A DNA stretch of 64,000 bases from a bacterium. Its GTDB lineage: Bacteria > Patescibacteriota > Andersenbacteria > UBA10190. Where the stretch lies: assembly GCA_030698495.1 (NCBI GenBank), contig JAUYKA010000005.1:8404-72403 (forward strand). Reading direction: 5' to 3'. Positions 19,838 to 29,653 of the stretch are shown piece after piece. Every line of letters begins with the position of its first letter. Within the stretch, counting starts at the first letter, position 1. The notes beneath the pieces are model-generated. The model saw nothing but the letters and a program-made list of their open reading frames with translations, was not told the DNA's origin and searched no databases. The position numbers and the translations under genes were made by a program.

Positions 19838-20350
19838 GAAGACAGGTGAATGGCCGCTCTTTGTTCAAAGTTCGAGGCAACCCCTTAGGGGTTTACCCTG
19901 AGCTTGTCGAAGGGAGGAAAGTCCGGACACCTTATTGATCTTTTTCAATAAACGGGTGGCAGATAACGTCTGCCCGGAGCAATCCGAGGGACCGATACAA
20001 AATGGATAGATAGACACACGTGTATATCTATTTAATCGGCCAAGAGTGCAACAGAAACATACCGCTTTCACCCGCCGAAGCTTTACGCGAAGGCGGGCTA
20101 GTCCACTTCTTGTGGAGAGTAAGGTTGAAATCGTGAGGCCCGCCTTCGCGCGGGATACCCCTCGCTTCGGCGAGGCAAAGTAAGAGCTCACGCGGCCGCG
20201 CGGCAACGCGCGGACGGGGCAAGCCCCACCCGGTGCAACCTCAAGCAATTCCGCCTTAAAACGGAATAGGTAGAGGGCAAGAGGCGTACGGCGACGTGCG
20301 TCCCAGATAGATGGCCATTCCAGACAGAATCCGGCTTACAGCCTGTCTTC
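19838..20350 (+). ncRNA. rnpB: RNase P RNA (bacterial type A-like), about 513 nt with insertions
   Basis: P4 strands GGAGGAAAGTCCGGACACC (5') and ACAGAATCCGGCTTAC (3'). P1 pairs GAAGACAGG with CCTGTCTTC. Conserved blocks AGTGCAACAGAAAC and GGTAAGGTTGAAA are present. The region has no ORF and is GC-rich. Confidence 0.8.
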
Positions 20351-20409
20351 AAAAAAACCGCCCAGATTTTTGTCTGAGCTGTTTTTTTATGCCAACCAAA
20401 TAGATAATT

Positions 20410-21837
20410 TTAATATGCCCTGCCAAACACAACTCGTTGCCTGGACGGTTTCCCGCTCTTAATGCACAAACCCTTCTCTTTCTCCGCCTTAAAGGGAATA
20501 CATCGAATGGTTGCTTTCGTTTCCTCTTTTATTTGTCTTTCAATGGCAGCGTCTCCCGACCAATGCGCCAGCACATAGTTACCGGCGTTAATTTCACGCA
20601 CAAACTCATCCCACGTATCCACTCGGCGAGCCTTTGTCTCCAGCAACTTTTGGGATCGAAGAAGCAAATTGTTTTGGATGTCTTTAAGCATATTTTCTAC
20701 CGATTTTTTCACATCGTCATTCGCGACAATGCTCTTCTCTCCCGTATCTCTTCGCACCAGCACTACTTTATTATTCGCTAAATCCTTGGGTCCCAACTCA
20801 AGTCGTAGAGGCACCCCCTTCTTCTCCCACTCGTAAAATTTTTCTCCCGGCCTGACTTCCAACCGGTCATCAAAAATCGGATTGTATTTTTTAAGATGCC
20901 TGTACATTTTCTTGGCGGCATCCGTAACATCTGACGGGGCGCTATTGGCTATTGGCACGATAACAATTTTATGAGGCGCTATTTTTGGTGGCAAAACTAT
21001 ACCCTTATCGTCTCCATGGCTCATAACTAGGCCCCCGATAAGACGCGTACTGACTCCCCAGCTCGTATTGTAAACGTACTGTTGTGTCCCGTCTTCGCTC
21101 AAATACCGCACATTGAATGCTTTGGCGAAATGATCCGACAAATCATGGCTTGTACCCGATTGCAAAAACTTACCGTCGCGCATCAACGTTTCAATGGAAT
21201 ACGTGCTTAACGCGCCCGCGAACTTTTCACTCTCCGTCTTCTGTCCGTCAATAACCGCCATGGCCAAATGTTTTTCCGCAAAAGGCTTGTAAACTTTTTT
21301 CAGAATCTTAAGCGCGTATTGCCTGGCTTCTCTTTTTGTCGCGTGCGCCGTGTGCCCTTCCTGCCACAGGAATTCCGTCGTGCGCAAGAAAAGACGCGGC
21401 CGCATTTCCCAGCGCACCACATTCGCCCATTGATTGATACGCAGCGGCAAATCCCTGTACGAATGAATCCAACGCGAGAACGCGTCGTAAATAATCGTTT
21501 CCGAAGTTGGCCGAATCACCAAAGGTTCCGTCAGCTCCTTGCCTCCGCCGTACGTCACAACCGCCAGCTCCGGACTGAATCCTTTAATGTGCTCCGCTTC
21601 CTTTTGTAAAAACTTCTCCGGAATAAGCAACGGAAAGTAGGCGTTCTCCACCCCTTGTTTCTGGAATTGACTATCAAGTTCCTTCCGGATATTCTCCCAA
21701 ATTGCGTATCCATACGGCTTAATCACCATACAACCGCGCACCGACGAATTCTCCGCCAGATCCGCGGCCGTGATAACGTCCTGATACCACTGGGCGAAGT
21801 TTTCCGCTTGTGGAGTAATTTTTGTATTATTTGACAT
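20410..21837 (-). CDS. proS: Prolyl-tRNA synthetase (archaeal/eukaryotic-type class II, without the editing-domain insertion)
   Basis: 475 aa; class II aaRS motifs and C-terminal Zn-binding domain; N-terminus MSNNTKITPQAENFAQWYQDVI is typical of ProRS. Confidence 0.9.
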   Translation of the reverse strand: MSNNTKITPQAENFAQWYQDVITAADLAENSSVRGCMVIKPYGYAIWENIRKELDSQFQKQGVENAYFPLLIPEKFLQKEAEHIKGFSPELAVVTYGGGKELTEPLVIRPTSETIIYDAFSRWIHSYRDLPLRINQWANVVRWEMRPRLFLRTTEFLWQEGHTAHATKREARQYALKILKKVYKPFAEKHLAMAVIDGQKTESEKFAGALSTYSIETLMRDGKFLQSGTSHDLSDHFAKAFNVRYLSEDGTQQYVYNTSWGVSTRLIGGLVMSHGDDKGIVLPPKIAPHKIVIVPIANSAPSDVTDAAKKMYRHLKKYNPIFDDRLEVRPGEKFYEWEKKGVPLRLELGPKDLANNKVVLVRRDTGEKSIVANDDVKKSVENMLKDIQNNLLLRSQKLLETKARRVDTWDEFVREINAGNYVLAHWSGDAAIERQIKEETKATIRCIPFKAEKEKGLCIKSGKPSRQRVVFGRAY

Positions 21838-21952
21838 ATATCAATCGGCGTTGAGATTAAACAACCTGAACTAATTTAATCATTATAACCGGTTTATAAC
21901 AAGGTGAAATACGAATAAAGACTATTCCAACACGGACATTGAATTTTCCCTG

Positions 21953-21982
21953 AAACGGCTCAACCGTACGGATGAGCCGTTT
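21953..21982 (-). terminator. Hairpin AAACGGCTCAACCGTACGGATGAGCCGTTT abutting the stop codon of the wHTH gene
   Basis: Same conserved stem as the hairpins at 25506-25535 and 63174-63208. Confidence 0.5.
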
Positions 21983-22354
21983 CTATATCACCTCGTACCG
22001 CACTCCCCGTCCGGTATTGCCTTCCTGTTTGAGCTTCCCCCGGAGTTCCAGCTCTTCCAAATATCTGGTGGCCGTAGCATCGGATACTCCCGTTGCCTTT
22101 TGCACCTCATCGTTACTCACGCCGCCGTGCTCGCGCGCGTACGCCATAACCTGCGCCAAAATATTTTCTTTGCGCTCCTGATCCTGCCGCACACTGTCCG
22201 CCAGCTCCGCCGGCACCGCTCCGCCACCACCGGAGCCCGAATCGTCCGCGCCACTACCAACCAAACCCAAACCGCGCCGCCTCAAAAACCAAGCACCCGC
22301 GCCCGCTACAATAAACCCAACTATAAATCCCCAAATAAATCCATTCATAAACAA
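21983..22354 (-). CDS. Membrane-anchored winged-helix DNA-binding protein (hypothetical regulator)
   Basis: N-terminal TM helix, Gly/Ser linker, C-terminal wHTH (VSNDEVQKATGVSDATATRYLEELE). Confidence 0.45.
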   Translation of the reverse strand: MFMNGFIWGFIVGFIVAGAGAWFLRRRGLGLVGSGADDSGSGGGGAVPAELADSVRQDQERKENILAQVMAYAREHGGVSNDEVQKATGVSDATATRYLEELELRGKLKQEGNTGRGVRYEVI

Positions 22355-22363
22355 ATACCTAAC

Positions 22364-22945
22364 CTACTGCAAAAGCCTAAATGATGAAATAACTTGTCTG
22401 ACTTCCTTCACGTTTTTATCAAAATCTTTTTGAGGACACGTAAATGTGATTTGATAATGCTTTTGTGCCCTTACACTATCAACCAGTAATTGCCGGCCTT
22501 GTTGTATTATGCCATTTGAATCAGTTGCTTCTTCTTTAGCAACCCTCTCTACCGCCATATTCCCCAAAAGCATAATATCGTCCTTGCTTATTAAGCTACT
22601 CGGCGAATTACCTATATGTGTCCCCGCTACAATCTGATCCAATGTCATCATATCCGGTTTTAATTCTCCAATTTCAACTTTAAAATCATCTTTTGCGTTA
22701 TCAAAAGTTAAGTAAATAATATCCTCGTCTCCCGGTGCATTTTTTTCATAAGTAACCTTTACCCTCTTCCATGACGACGGGTATGTAAACTCAAAACCAT
22801 ACTTATTATTTTGATAGGTAACCGAACGACTCAAACCGATAGCGGACAAACCATTGTGACTGTAGAAATAGTAACCTCCACCCAAAACAATAGCCCCTAG
22901 CAACAACACCGCAACTGCCGATACATAGCCTCCCTGCTTATTCAT
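22364..22945 (-). CDS. Hypothetical membrane-anchored/secreted protein
   Basis: N-terminal signal anchor; no recognisable domain. Confidence 0.45.
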   Translation of the reverse strand: MNKQGGYVSAVAVLLLGAIVLGGGYYFYSHNGLSAIGLSRSVTYQNNKYGFEFTYPSSWKRVKVTYEKNAPGDEDIIYLTFDNAKDDFKVEIGELKPDMMTLDQIVAGTHIGNSPSSLISKDDIMLLGNMAVERVAKEEATDSNGIIQQGRQLLVDSVRAQKHYQITFTCPQKDFDKNVKEVRQVISSFRLLQ

Positions 22946-23077
22946 AACTCAATATTAACACTAACTAAAAATCTCCCCAAATAAACCCGCTCATAAAGTC
23001 AGTTTAGCATAAATTCGTAAGTGAAAATAAAATTCTATACGCCAAATTATGACTATTCAAACATCGGGGGTGAATTT

Positions 23078-23854
23078 CTATTTAAACCTCTCAAAGTACT
23101 TGTCAATTTCTCCTCTTAACTCAATGCCAACTCTTTCAAAACAATCTAATAGGTTCTTATAAGCATTTTTACCACCTAGAAAATCCCAAAATTCATCAGC
23201 AACCTTAAGCTCATTGGGTAAATCCAACATTCCTCTCATGGTCCAACGATTATAAGCCTGCGGTTCATATGGATTATATGGAATAGCAATATAAGTATGT
23301 ATGGATGCCTTCGGTCTTTCTACTAATATTACAGCAACCCATTCTAGTAGTGTGCGCTTGAATTCCTTAAAACCACCTGCATTTGGTTTCGCTGTTTTTA
23401 TATCAAAAAGATAGTAGTCGTCATTACCAGATTCAACCATTAGGTCTACTCTCGTTGGTTTAACATCTACTATTTTACCTTTTTGGCAAACTTTTCTTAT
23501 ACGCTCAATTTCCTTTTGTTTATCGGGTGAAACACTCGCAGTAGTCAGCCCGTCGATAATTTTCTGGATTTCAGTTTGAGCTTCACTGCTTATCTGATGC
23601 CCCACAATCACTTGTGACTCAGCCTTTTTGAAGTTTTTTTGAGCCAAAGCTAAACCAACTGGTTCAAAAATACTTGTTCCGAAATTTGTATTTAATGAAT
23701 GAATAAAAGAGTATAGAGCTAATCTATCCTTACCAAGTAATCTAGTATGGAATGGCATAACCGCCGGCTCTGGTTTGTAGTTCTGAAACTTGTTTCTAAG
23801 ACTAGTCTTTAAAACCTCCTCGACTTCCTTAATTTGTTTATTTGATATAGACAT
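23078..23854 (-). CDS. Putative type II restriction endonuclease (TdeIII-like family, tentative)
   Basis: 258-aa protein whose start lies 1 nt from the stop of the DNA methyltransferase gene. Low-GC region. Family assignment is from memory of RE_TdeIII-like motifs, not from a search. Confidence 0.45.
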   Translation of the reverse strand: MSISNKQIKEVEEVLKTSLRNKFQNYKPEPAVMPFHTRLLGKDRLALYSFIHSLNTNFGTSIFEPVGLALAQKNFKKAESQVIVGHQISSEAQTEIQKIIDGLTTASVSPDKQKEIERIRKVCQKGKIVDVKPTRVDLMVESGNDDYYLFDIKTAKPNAGGFKEFKRTLLEWVAVILVERPKASIHTYIAIPYNPYEPQAYNRWTMRGMLDLPNELKVADEFWDFLGGKNAYKNLLDCFERVGIELRGEIDKYFERFK

Positions 23855-23855
23855 A

Positions 23856-25442
23856 CTAAATTTGCTTGAGATGAAAAATTATCTCTGAATATGGGTTTCT
23901 GTCACGCTCTGTTCTATTTAAAACCGGCCGCTTAAATCTATTAACTATTTCCATACCCGCTTTTTCTGCAATAGAAGGATATAAGTCATATTTATCATTT
24001 GCAACCAGGAAAACATTGCGGTCGTTTGCCAAATACTTTTTGCAGTTGTTTAAAACAAAAGCAATACCTTCAACGTATGACATTCTAGCTTCCGCACCTT
24101 GTCCTCTATATAAGGGGCCAATTTCATATTCGTCCCTGCGCTCAAAGCCAAACAAATCATAAGCATAGGCATGCTGCTCATGATAATCAATCTGACCAAC
24201 ATAAGGCGGCGAAGTAAAAATACCAGCAATTTTCTTCTTCTGCAAAATTCCATACAGTGTTTTATTTCTCTTTTTCACTTCCTTAAATATATCAACTTGT
24301 CTCGAATCTGCCGGAAGAATAGCATAGTGACTACCTGTTTTTAGATTGTCATATGTTTTGAGTCGATAGACAGTATCAGTTGCGTAACGATCAAACCAGG
24401 TTTTTATAGAAAACAATGGCTTACAAATTTTCTTATGCTTCCAACAATAATAAGTGGCCAGTTGCGGTTCTTTTAGTGTCGCTAAATCCGAGTGGGTCGT
24501 AGCACGACACGACCTAATGGTCCTGCTTAAAATCACTGCTAATATCTTTTTGTTTTTTATATCCGTTACTTTCTTAACCAAATCAAAAGCATAATCAATC
24601 TCTTTTCTAACTCCGTTAATATACCACCTATCAAGAAATGTATTTGTTCCTTTTTGCTTTAACTCAATACTATACTTCTTAATTTGACGCTTATAAACAC
24701 TCAAAAATTCTTTTTCTTTTTCCTCTGCATACTGTTTCTCATTAATCTGTCCCCTGTTTACCTTGTATTTATACTCAGGGCTTGGAAAATACTTATTATT
24801 AAATACAGCCAACTCATTTAGTAGCTCATTTTCAAAAGTGGACATCATACTATCATTTTCATATCCAGCTATTAAGGTTTTAATCTTATCAACATCCTTA
24901 TCTAAAAGGTTAAAATCATAATCCAGCAGCTTAGTCTCCGTAACCATACAGTTAAAGTGCGATATATCTACACCAATCGCATGAATACCCATTTCGTTAG
25001 CCTGAACTAATGCTGTTCCCGAACCGGAAAACGGGTCAAGAACCACGTCTCCTTTTTTAAAATAAACATCCTTTTTGAAATCATCAGTATGGCCATCTAA
25101 AAAATATTCAACCAACTGCGGAATAAACTTACCTTTGTACGGATGAAGTCGATGAACATGTTTAGTCGTGTCTTTTTCACGAAGATGATCAAAAGACAAT
25201 GACCAATTCAAATCGTTGCCCAAACGTTTTTTATACACTAACTCCCGCTTCCCACGAAATGATTTATAGTAGCGCTCAAGATCAGTAACGCTGACATATA
25301 CACCACTTTCGTTAACCCTTTTCTTTACTTTTCCGTACTGAATTAAGTAAGAAATATTAGACTCGCTTATATCTCTTTCTAAAAAATCACTAGCCCATCG
25401 ACTAGCTTCCATAAGAGTTAATAATTTCGTGTTGCCATTCAT
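23856..25442 (-). CDS. DNA methyltransferase (alpha-class amino-MTase; SPPY motif suggests N4-cytosine or N6-adenine)
   Basis: Motif I DPFSGSGT and motif IV TSPPY, separated by about 290 aa (alpha-class order). Confidence 0.8.
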   Translation of the reverse strand: MNGNTKLLTLMEASRWASDFLERDISESNISYLIQYGKVKKRVNESGVYVSVTDLERYYKSFRGKRELVYKKRLGNDLNWSLSFDHLREKDTTKHVHRLHPYKGKFIPQLVEYFLDGHTDDFKKDVYFKKGDVVLDPFSGSGTALVQANEMGIHAIGVDISHFNCMVTETKLLDYDFNLLDKDVDKIKTLIAGYENDSMMSTFENELLNELAVFNNKYFPSPEYKYKVNRGQINEKQYAEEKEKEFLSVYKRQIKKYSIELKQKGTNTFLDRWYINGVRKEIDYAFDLVKKVTDIKNKKILAVILSRTIRSCRATTHSDLATLKEPQLATYYCWKHKKICKPLFSIKTWFDRYATDTVYRLKTYDNLKTGSHYAILPADSRQVDIFKEVKKRNKTLYGILQKKKIAGIFTSPPYVGQIDYHEQHAYAYDLFGFERRDEYEIGPLYRGQGAEARMSYVEGIAFVLNNCKKYLANDRNVFLVANDKYDLYPSIAEKAGMEIVNRFKRPVLNRTERDRNPYSEIIFHLKQI

Positions 25443-25505
25443 GATGTCTTTCCTAATATATCATTCCCCATACAAAAATCAAAAACCCCGTCCCCAGCCA
25501 ACAAT

Positions 25506-25535
25506 AAACGGCTCAAGCGGACGCTTGAGCCGTTT
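25506..25535 (-). terminator. Hairpin AAACGGCTCAAGCGGACGCTTGAGCCGTTT downstream of Fic
   Basis: 10-bp GC stem plus flanking A/T runs; conserved-stem family (see findings). Confidence 0.5.
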
Positions 25536-25544
25536 ATTATAAGT

Positions 25545-26435
25545 CTATTGTTTGTAACTAAACCCTTCCCCTATCTTCCACACACCCTTCTCCCGAAAAG
25601 CGGGAATAGACTGCCGCCGCGCCGCATTAGTTATCGCCGACGCCGAAAGATTATTTTTCTTAATATATTCAGACAAACTGACAATGTTCTCTCCTTTTAA
25701 ATAAGTCACCCGTTTGTACAGGGATTCAATCAACATCAAAGCTAATATCTTTTCCATTGTTTTGGTATTCTTTTTCTCCCGATAGTCATCAAACGCCCGA
25801 TAATAATTGGTTTTCTCTTTATTGCGTACAATTAGACGGGGAAATCCCAATCGCAAGAGTTGAAAATTAACTATAACCCGCCCAATGCGTCCGTTACCAT
25901 CATTAAACGGGTGAATACTTTCAAAATCCAAATGCCACTTGGCGATTTTATCTAAGAAATACTTATCCAATTCACTGGAGTACTCCAACATAATTTCATC
26001 TATCAAACGCTCCACGTGCTCCGGCGGAGGCGCTACATGAGTTCCTACCCGAACATATTCACCTGCCTTGCGCCAACGCCCGGCAATTGCATCATCAATT
26101 CCACCTATCAGCATCTTGTGCAAAAGCAAAATCAATTCTTTGGAAACCTCTTCTGTTATCGCCTTGCCTCGCTTGTAATCAACAACCTGAGCCAAATTTT
26201 TTGCCTCGAAAACCTCCCGCAACGATACGTCCCGTGCCAACTCCTGTTCCAGCAAAATCTTCTCCGTTTCTTTCAAAGTGAGAGTTGAATTTTCTATCGC
26301 ATTTGAGTTATAGACACTTTCAGGAATTTCCGCTTCATCAATCATGCTTAAGAGCGACTCTTTACCCTTTTTTAAGGCATCAAAATCAGCCTTTAGCGTC
26401 TTAATTTGCTCCCTAAATTGTTTGGTTGTTGCCAT
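25545..26435 (-). CDS. Fic/Doc family protein (AMPylase)
   Basis: Canonical Fic motif HPFNDGNGRIGR. Confidence 0.85.
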   Translation of the reverse strand: MATTKQFREQIKTLKADFDALKKGKESLLSMIDEAEIPESVYNSNAIENSTLTLKETEKILLEQELARDVSLREVFEAKNLAQVVDYKRGKAITEEVSKELILLLHKMLIGGIDDAIAGRWRKAGEYVRVGTHVAPPPEHVERLIDEIMLEYSSELDKYFLDKIAKWHLDFESIHPFNDGNGRIGRVIVNFQLLRLGFPRLIVRNKEKTNYYRAFDDYREKKNTKTMEKILALMLIESLYKRVTYLKGENIVSLSEYIKKNNLSASAITNAARRQSIPAFREKGVWKIGEGFSYKQ

Positions 26436-26564
26436 AATTACATTATATCAAATTCACGCGTTTTTGTCAAAACCACGTGAATTGCACCCAATAACAGCCC
26501 TTCATTCACGCGTTTTTCTACAAATTCCCCCCCTGTCCACACTCGGTGTGGACAGGGAAATCAT

Positions 26565-27275
26565 CTATTTCCTCATCAGCCCATTTTCCCGAAAGCTGAA
26601 CAGTTGCGTTTTGCTGACTACCACATGATCTAGTAATCCTATTCCCATCAATTTTCCCGCTTCAGTTATTTGTTTTGTCACCGCCAAATCCGCTTCGCTC
26701 GGATTGGGATCGCCGGAAGGATGATTGTGGCAAACAGCGATGCTGGCGGCGTGCCGTCTTATTGCCGCGTCAAATGTTTCGCGCGGATGCACTAAATTAG
26801 CGTTAAGCGTCCCGACACCAATCAAGTCCACCCCTAACACCCGGTTACGATTATCAAACGAGGCTACGAAAAAATGTTCTTTCTGCCAGTCGCCAATAAA
26901 TGGTTTTACCAGCCGGGCGATGTCCTCCGGTGCCGCCACCGCTTTTGACTTATTTCTCTTTACCTCACTATCAGTTTCCTCCCGCACCACCCGCCGGGCA
27001 ATTTCCAGACATGCTTTTAATTGCAGTGCTTTCGCCTGCCCCAATCCCGGCACTTTCTGTAACTCCTCAACTGAAGCCGATACTACACCTGCCAACGATC
27101 CAAAACAACTCAACAAATTCTGCGCTATCTGCATTACCGATAACCCCGCCGTCCCGCGACCAAGCACGACGGCAATCAACTCCTGTGCCGAAACACTGCC
27201 AGCGCCGTATTTTACCAAACGCTCCCGCGGCCTCTCCTCCACAGGCATGTCCCGCACCGTGAAATTTTGCTTCAT
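26565..27275 (-). CDS. radC: RadC-like JAB/MPN domain protein
   Basis: HNHPSGDPNPSEAD JAMM motif; N-terminal HhH; start MKQNFTVRDMPVEERPRERL (ATG at 27273-27275). Confidence 0.8.
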   Translation of the reverse strand: MKQNFTVRDMPVEERPRERLVKYGAGSVSAQELIAVVLGRGTAGLSVMQIAQNLLSCFGSLAGVVSASVEELQKVPGLGQAKALQLKACLEIARRVVREETDSEVKRNKSKAVAAPEDIARLVKPFIGDWQKEHFFVASFDNRNRVLGVDLIGVGTLNANLVHPRETFDAAIRRHAASIAVCHNHPSGDPNPSEADLAVTKQITEAGKLMGIGLLDHVVVSKTQLFSFRENGLMRK

Positions 27276-27319
27276 GATTTTATCTACTGAATTTCCCCGC
27301 CCTAAGCCGCCATGATTAA

Positions 27320-27610
27320 TTAGTAAATATTTACCCCCCCACCAAGAACAAAGAGTACCCATACCACCAGAAGAAATCCAACCCAGGCTACACTACCATA
27401 CAAAGCAAATAGATTTATCAAAAAAAATCTACTGGGCTTTTCCAAGTTATTAAGTCGTATTAAATAAAAAAACTCTAATAAAGCAACAGCCACTGGAATA
27501 ATAAACGCAAATATTAAATCATTCTCATTAAAAAAAACAAGGATCGTTAGTGCAACACTAACCACAGCTAAAATTACCGCGACTGCTAAATGTATTTTTA
27601 TCATTCTCAT
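27320..27610 (-). CDS. Hypothetical small membrane protein
   Basis: 96 aa with three hydrophobic helices. Confidence 0.35.
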   Translation of the reverse strand: MRMIKIHLAVAVILAVVSVALTILVFFNENDLIFAFIIPVAVALLEFFYLIRLNNLEKPSRFFLINLFALYGSVAWVGFLLVVWVLFVLGGGVNIY

Positions 27611-27763
27611 AAAACTCTTTATATTTTACAACGTTTCTCTAATTGCGGCTATCATTTCCCGTAACGGTAACGCTTTCTCCTGATCAACCCTACCCCCGCG
27701 TATTGACCCGGCAAAATATATATACATATTTTTATTCTATCCCACCCATACAAAAAACAATAA

Positions 27764-27782
27764 ATCCAACACCCGATGTTAA
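27764..27782 (+). repeat. Direct repeat ATCCAACACCCGATGTTAA, copy 1
   Basis: Identical 19-mer at 29022-29040; extended similarity of about 30 bp. Confidence 0.7.
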
Positions 27783-27879
27783 TATTACACCGTAACACTA
27801 CTGTGCATTAACCACACTAGCCGTTTGGGTATCGTGTTTTTAGTGCTATGATTAAAGAAATTATCATTAATTTTATTCT

Positions 27880-28986
27880 ATGGAAAATATGGGGATGGAC
27901 AATCAAATAAATGAACAGCAGGAAGGTCAGTTTAATAACCAGCAAGCGGGTCAGCCTACTGAAGTTATTAACGAAATAAAGCCTAGAAAAAATTATACAT
28001 TGGCTATTGTTCTATTGGTTCTTGTTATATTTATAATGGTTTTTGCGGGAGGAGTTTTCGCTTATCTGTATTTTTCTTCCAAGACTAATAATATTGTGGC
28101 TGATGTGCCGATGGATACGAGCGCGCCCGTAGAATCTGCTACGCCAAGTCCCTCTGGTGAGTTGTCTGTAGTGTTTACACCTCCATATCCGGTTGTGTTT
28201 TCGGAAAGGGACAATACGCCAAACTTTGGCGGCGCGGGAAAATTTTCCCTAACTGGAGTTACGATAGGTGATTATGAGGTTACGGAAAGTAATAAGATGT
28301 CTTTCTGGGACGGATTTAAATACACATACGACGTGGGGCAGAAAATTAATTCCGTTGCATTAGAATTTAAAATTAACGTCACTGAGGGAGGCCAGCTTCC
28401 TCAAAGTATTAGAATGATTTCCGTGGATGAAGCGGGGGGTGAAGACAGGACACCACCGATAAACAGAGATTATTTGTATGATGGCCATAAGCCGATGAAT
28501 GATTTTGCGACGACTGACTCTACTGTCGAGAATGCACAGGTTGTTTTTGCAGTGCCGGAAGGCGCGACTTCATTTATGTTTACGAGCGGGGGAAGTTCAG
28601 AAATTAAGTTTAGTGTGGCCGTAAACAACGGACAGATATCAGTTAACCAGGCAAATCTTGGTGAAACCAGTACATTCACGAAATATATGACTGGAAATAT
28701 TGGGATTGATGTGGTTGAAGTGATGATTAATAGAGAAGGAGGAGTGCTGGCAGGAAATTTTGTGTCGGATAAAAAAGTCGGGATTATAAAGGGGACAGTG
28801 GATAGTGCCGGAAATTATTTTATGCAGTTAACGTTTCTAGAAGATAATCAGGAGTACGGAGTAATGACGGGCGCTCTTACGCTAGTGGATGATATAACTG
28901 GTAATTGGCGGGCGGCGGGTTCACTTGAGGATGTTCCGTTCACTTTGACCAAGGCGCAAATACGAATACCAGCCTTTGCTCAGTAG
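27880..28986 (+). CDS. Hypothetical membrane-anchored extracellular protein (the only substantial plus-strand CDS apart from rpmB)
   Basis: Q/N-rich N-terminus, single TM helix (LAIVLLVLVIFIMVFAGGVFAYLYF), and a 300-aa beta-rich ectodomain. Confidence 0.6.
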   Translation: MENMGMDNQINEQQEGQFNNQQAGQPTEVINEIKPRKNYTLAIVLLVLVIFIMVFAGGVFAYLYFSSKTNNIVADVPMDTSAPVESATPSPSGELSVVFTPPYPVVFSERDNTPNFGGAGKFSLTGVTIGDYEVTESNKMSFWDGFKYTYDVGQKINSVALEFKINVTEGGQLPQSIRMISVDEAGGEDRTPPINRDYLYDGHKPMNDFATTDSTVENAQVVFAVPEGATSFMFTSGGSSEIKFSVAVNNGQISVNQANLGETSTFTKYMTGNIGIDVVEVMINREGGVLAGNFVSDKKVGIIKGTVDSAGNYFMQLTFLEDNQEYGVMTGALTLVDDITGNWRAAGSLEDVPFTLTKAQIRIPAFAQ

Positions 28987-29021
28987 AAGAGATAAAAAAA
29001 TTTGTAAGGAAAAATAAGCCA

Positions 29022-29040
29022 ATCCAACACCCGATGTTAA
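29022..29040 (+). repeat. Direct repeat ATCCAACACCCGATGTTAA, copy 2
   Basis: See copy 1. Confidence 0.7.
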
Positions 29041-29176
29041 CATCGCAAATCGCGTGAATTTTAGTGAAAAACGGGTCTCATTCACGCGTTTTTCCTGATT
29101 TTTCCTACTTCACATACTCCACTGAACCACCCTTAATCTTCTTGTTTTTCAAGCAATCAACTGCCATAGGCACCAT

Positions 29177-29533
29177 CTATGACAAACCTTCAATACCACC
29201 GTCCGGCAAATCATCCGCCTCAAACCACTCTATTTCTTCATCCGTAGTAGTAGAAAAGTCGTTGGTATCCCCTTTATAAACAATGGCGTATAAATCTACC
29301 CGCCAACCTTTTGCTTTTAGCTTCCCGAAATATTTCCAGTCTTTCTTTTTGGTTTTCACGCCGGCTTCTTCTTTTACCTCCCTGACAATACAGTCACTGC
29401 TTTCCTCACCGCGCTCAATCCTGCCACCAATTCCATTCAGCTTGCCCGCTTGCCAGTCTGGCCTATTTTTATGCATCAATAAAACCTTTAAAAGATCATG
29501 GCTAAAAATAAAACCGAGAGTATAAGCTTTCAT
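29177..29533 (-). CDS. NUDIX hydrolase
   Basis: Nudix box GIGGRIERGEESSDCIVREVKEEAGV. Confidence 0.75.
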   Translation of the reverse strand: MKAYTLGFIFSHDLLKVLLMHKNRPDWQAGKLNGIGGRIERGEESSDCIVREVKEEAGVKTKKKDWKYFGKLKAKGWRVDLYAIVYKGDTNDFSTTTDEEIEWFEADDLPDGGIEGLS

Positions 29534-29653
29534 ACTCTAACTATATCAGAACCTGACACTCCTATCTGATCCGATCCAGTGCCTCGTTCACCATTTTGTC
29601 CGCTATCTTGTTTTTCTCCCTGGCCACACGATATGGTTTATTTCCGGAGTTAG

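Noticed and set aside
19865-20248. 127-aa and 64-aa minus-strand ORFs
   Set aside because: They are antisense to the RNase P RNA gene, a side-effect of its GC-rich structure.
27764-29040. CRISPR array?
   Set aside because: There are only two copies of the 19-bp repeat, 1.26 kb apart, flanking a protein-coding gene. There are no regularly spaced short repeats anywhere in the window, so no CRISPR array is present.
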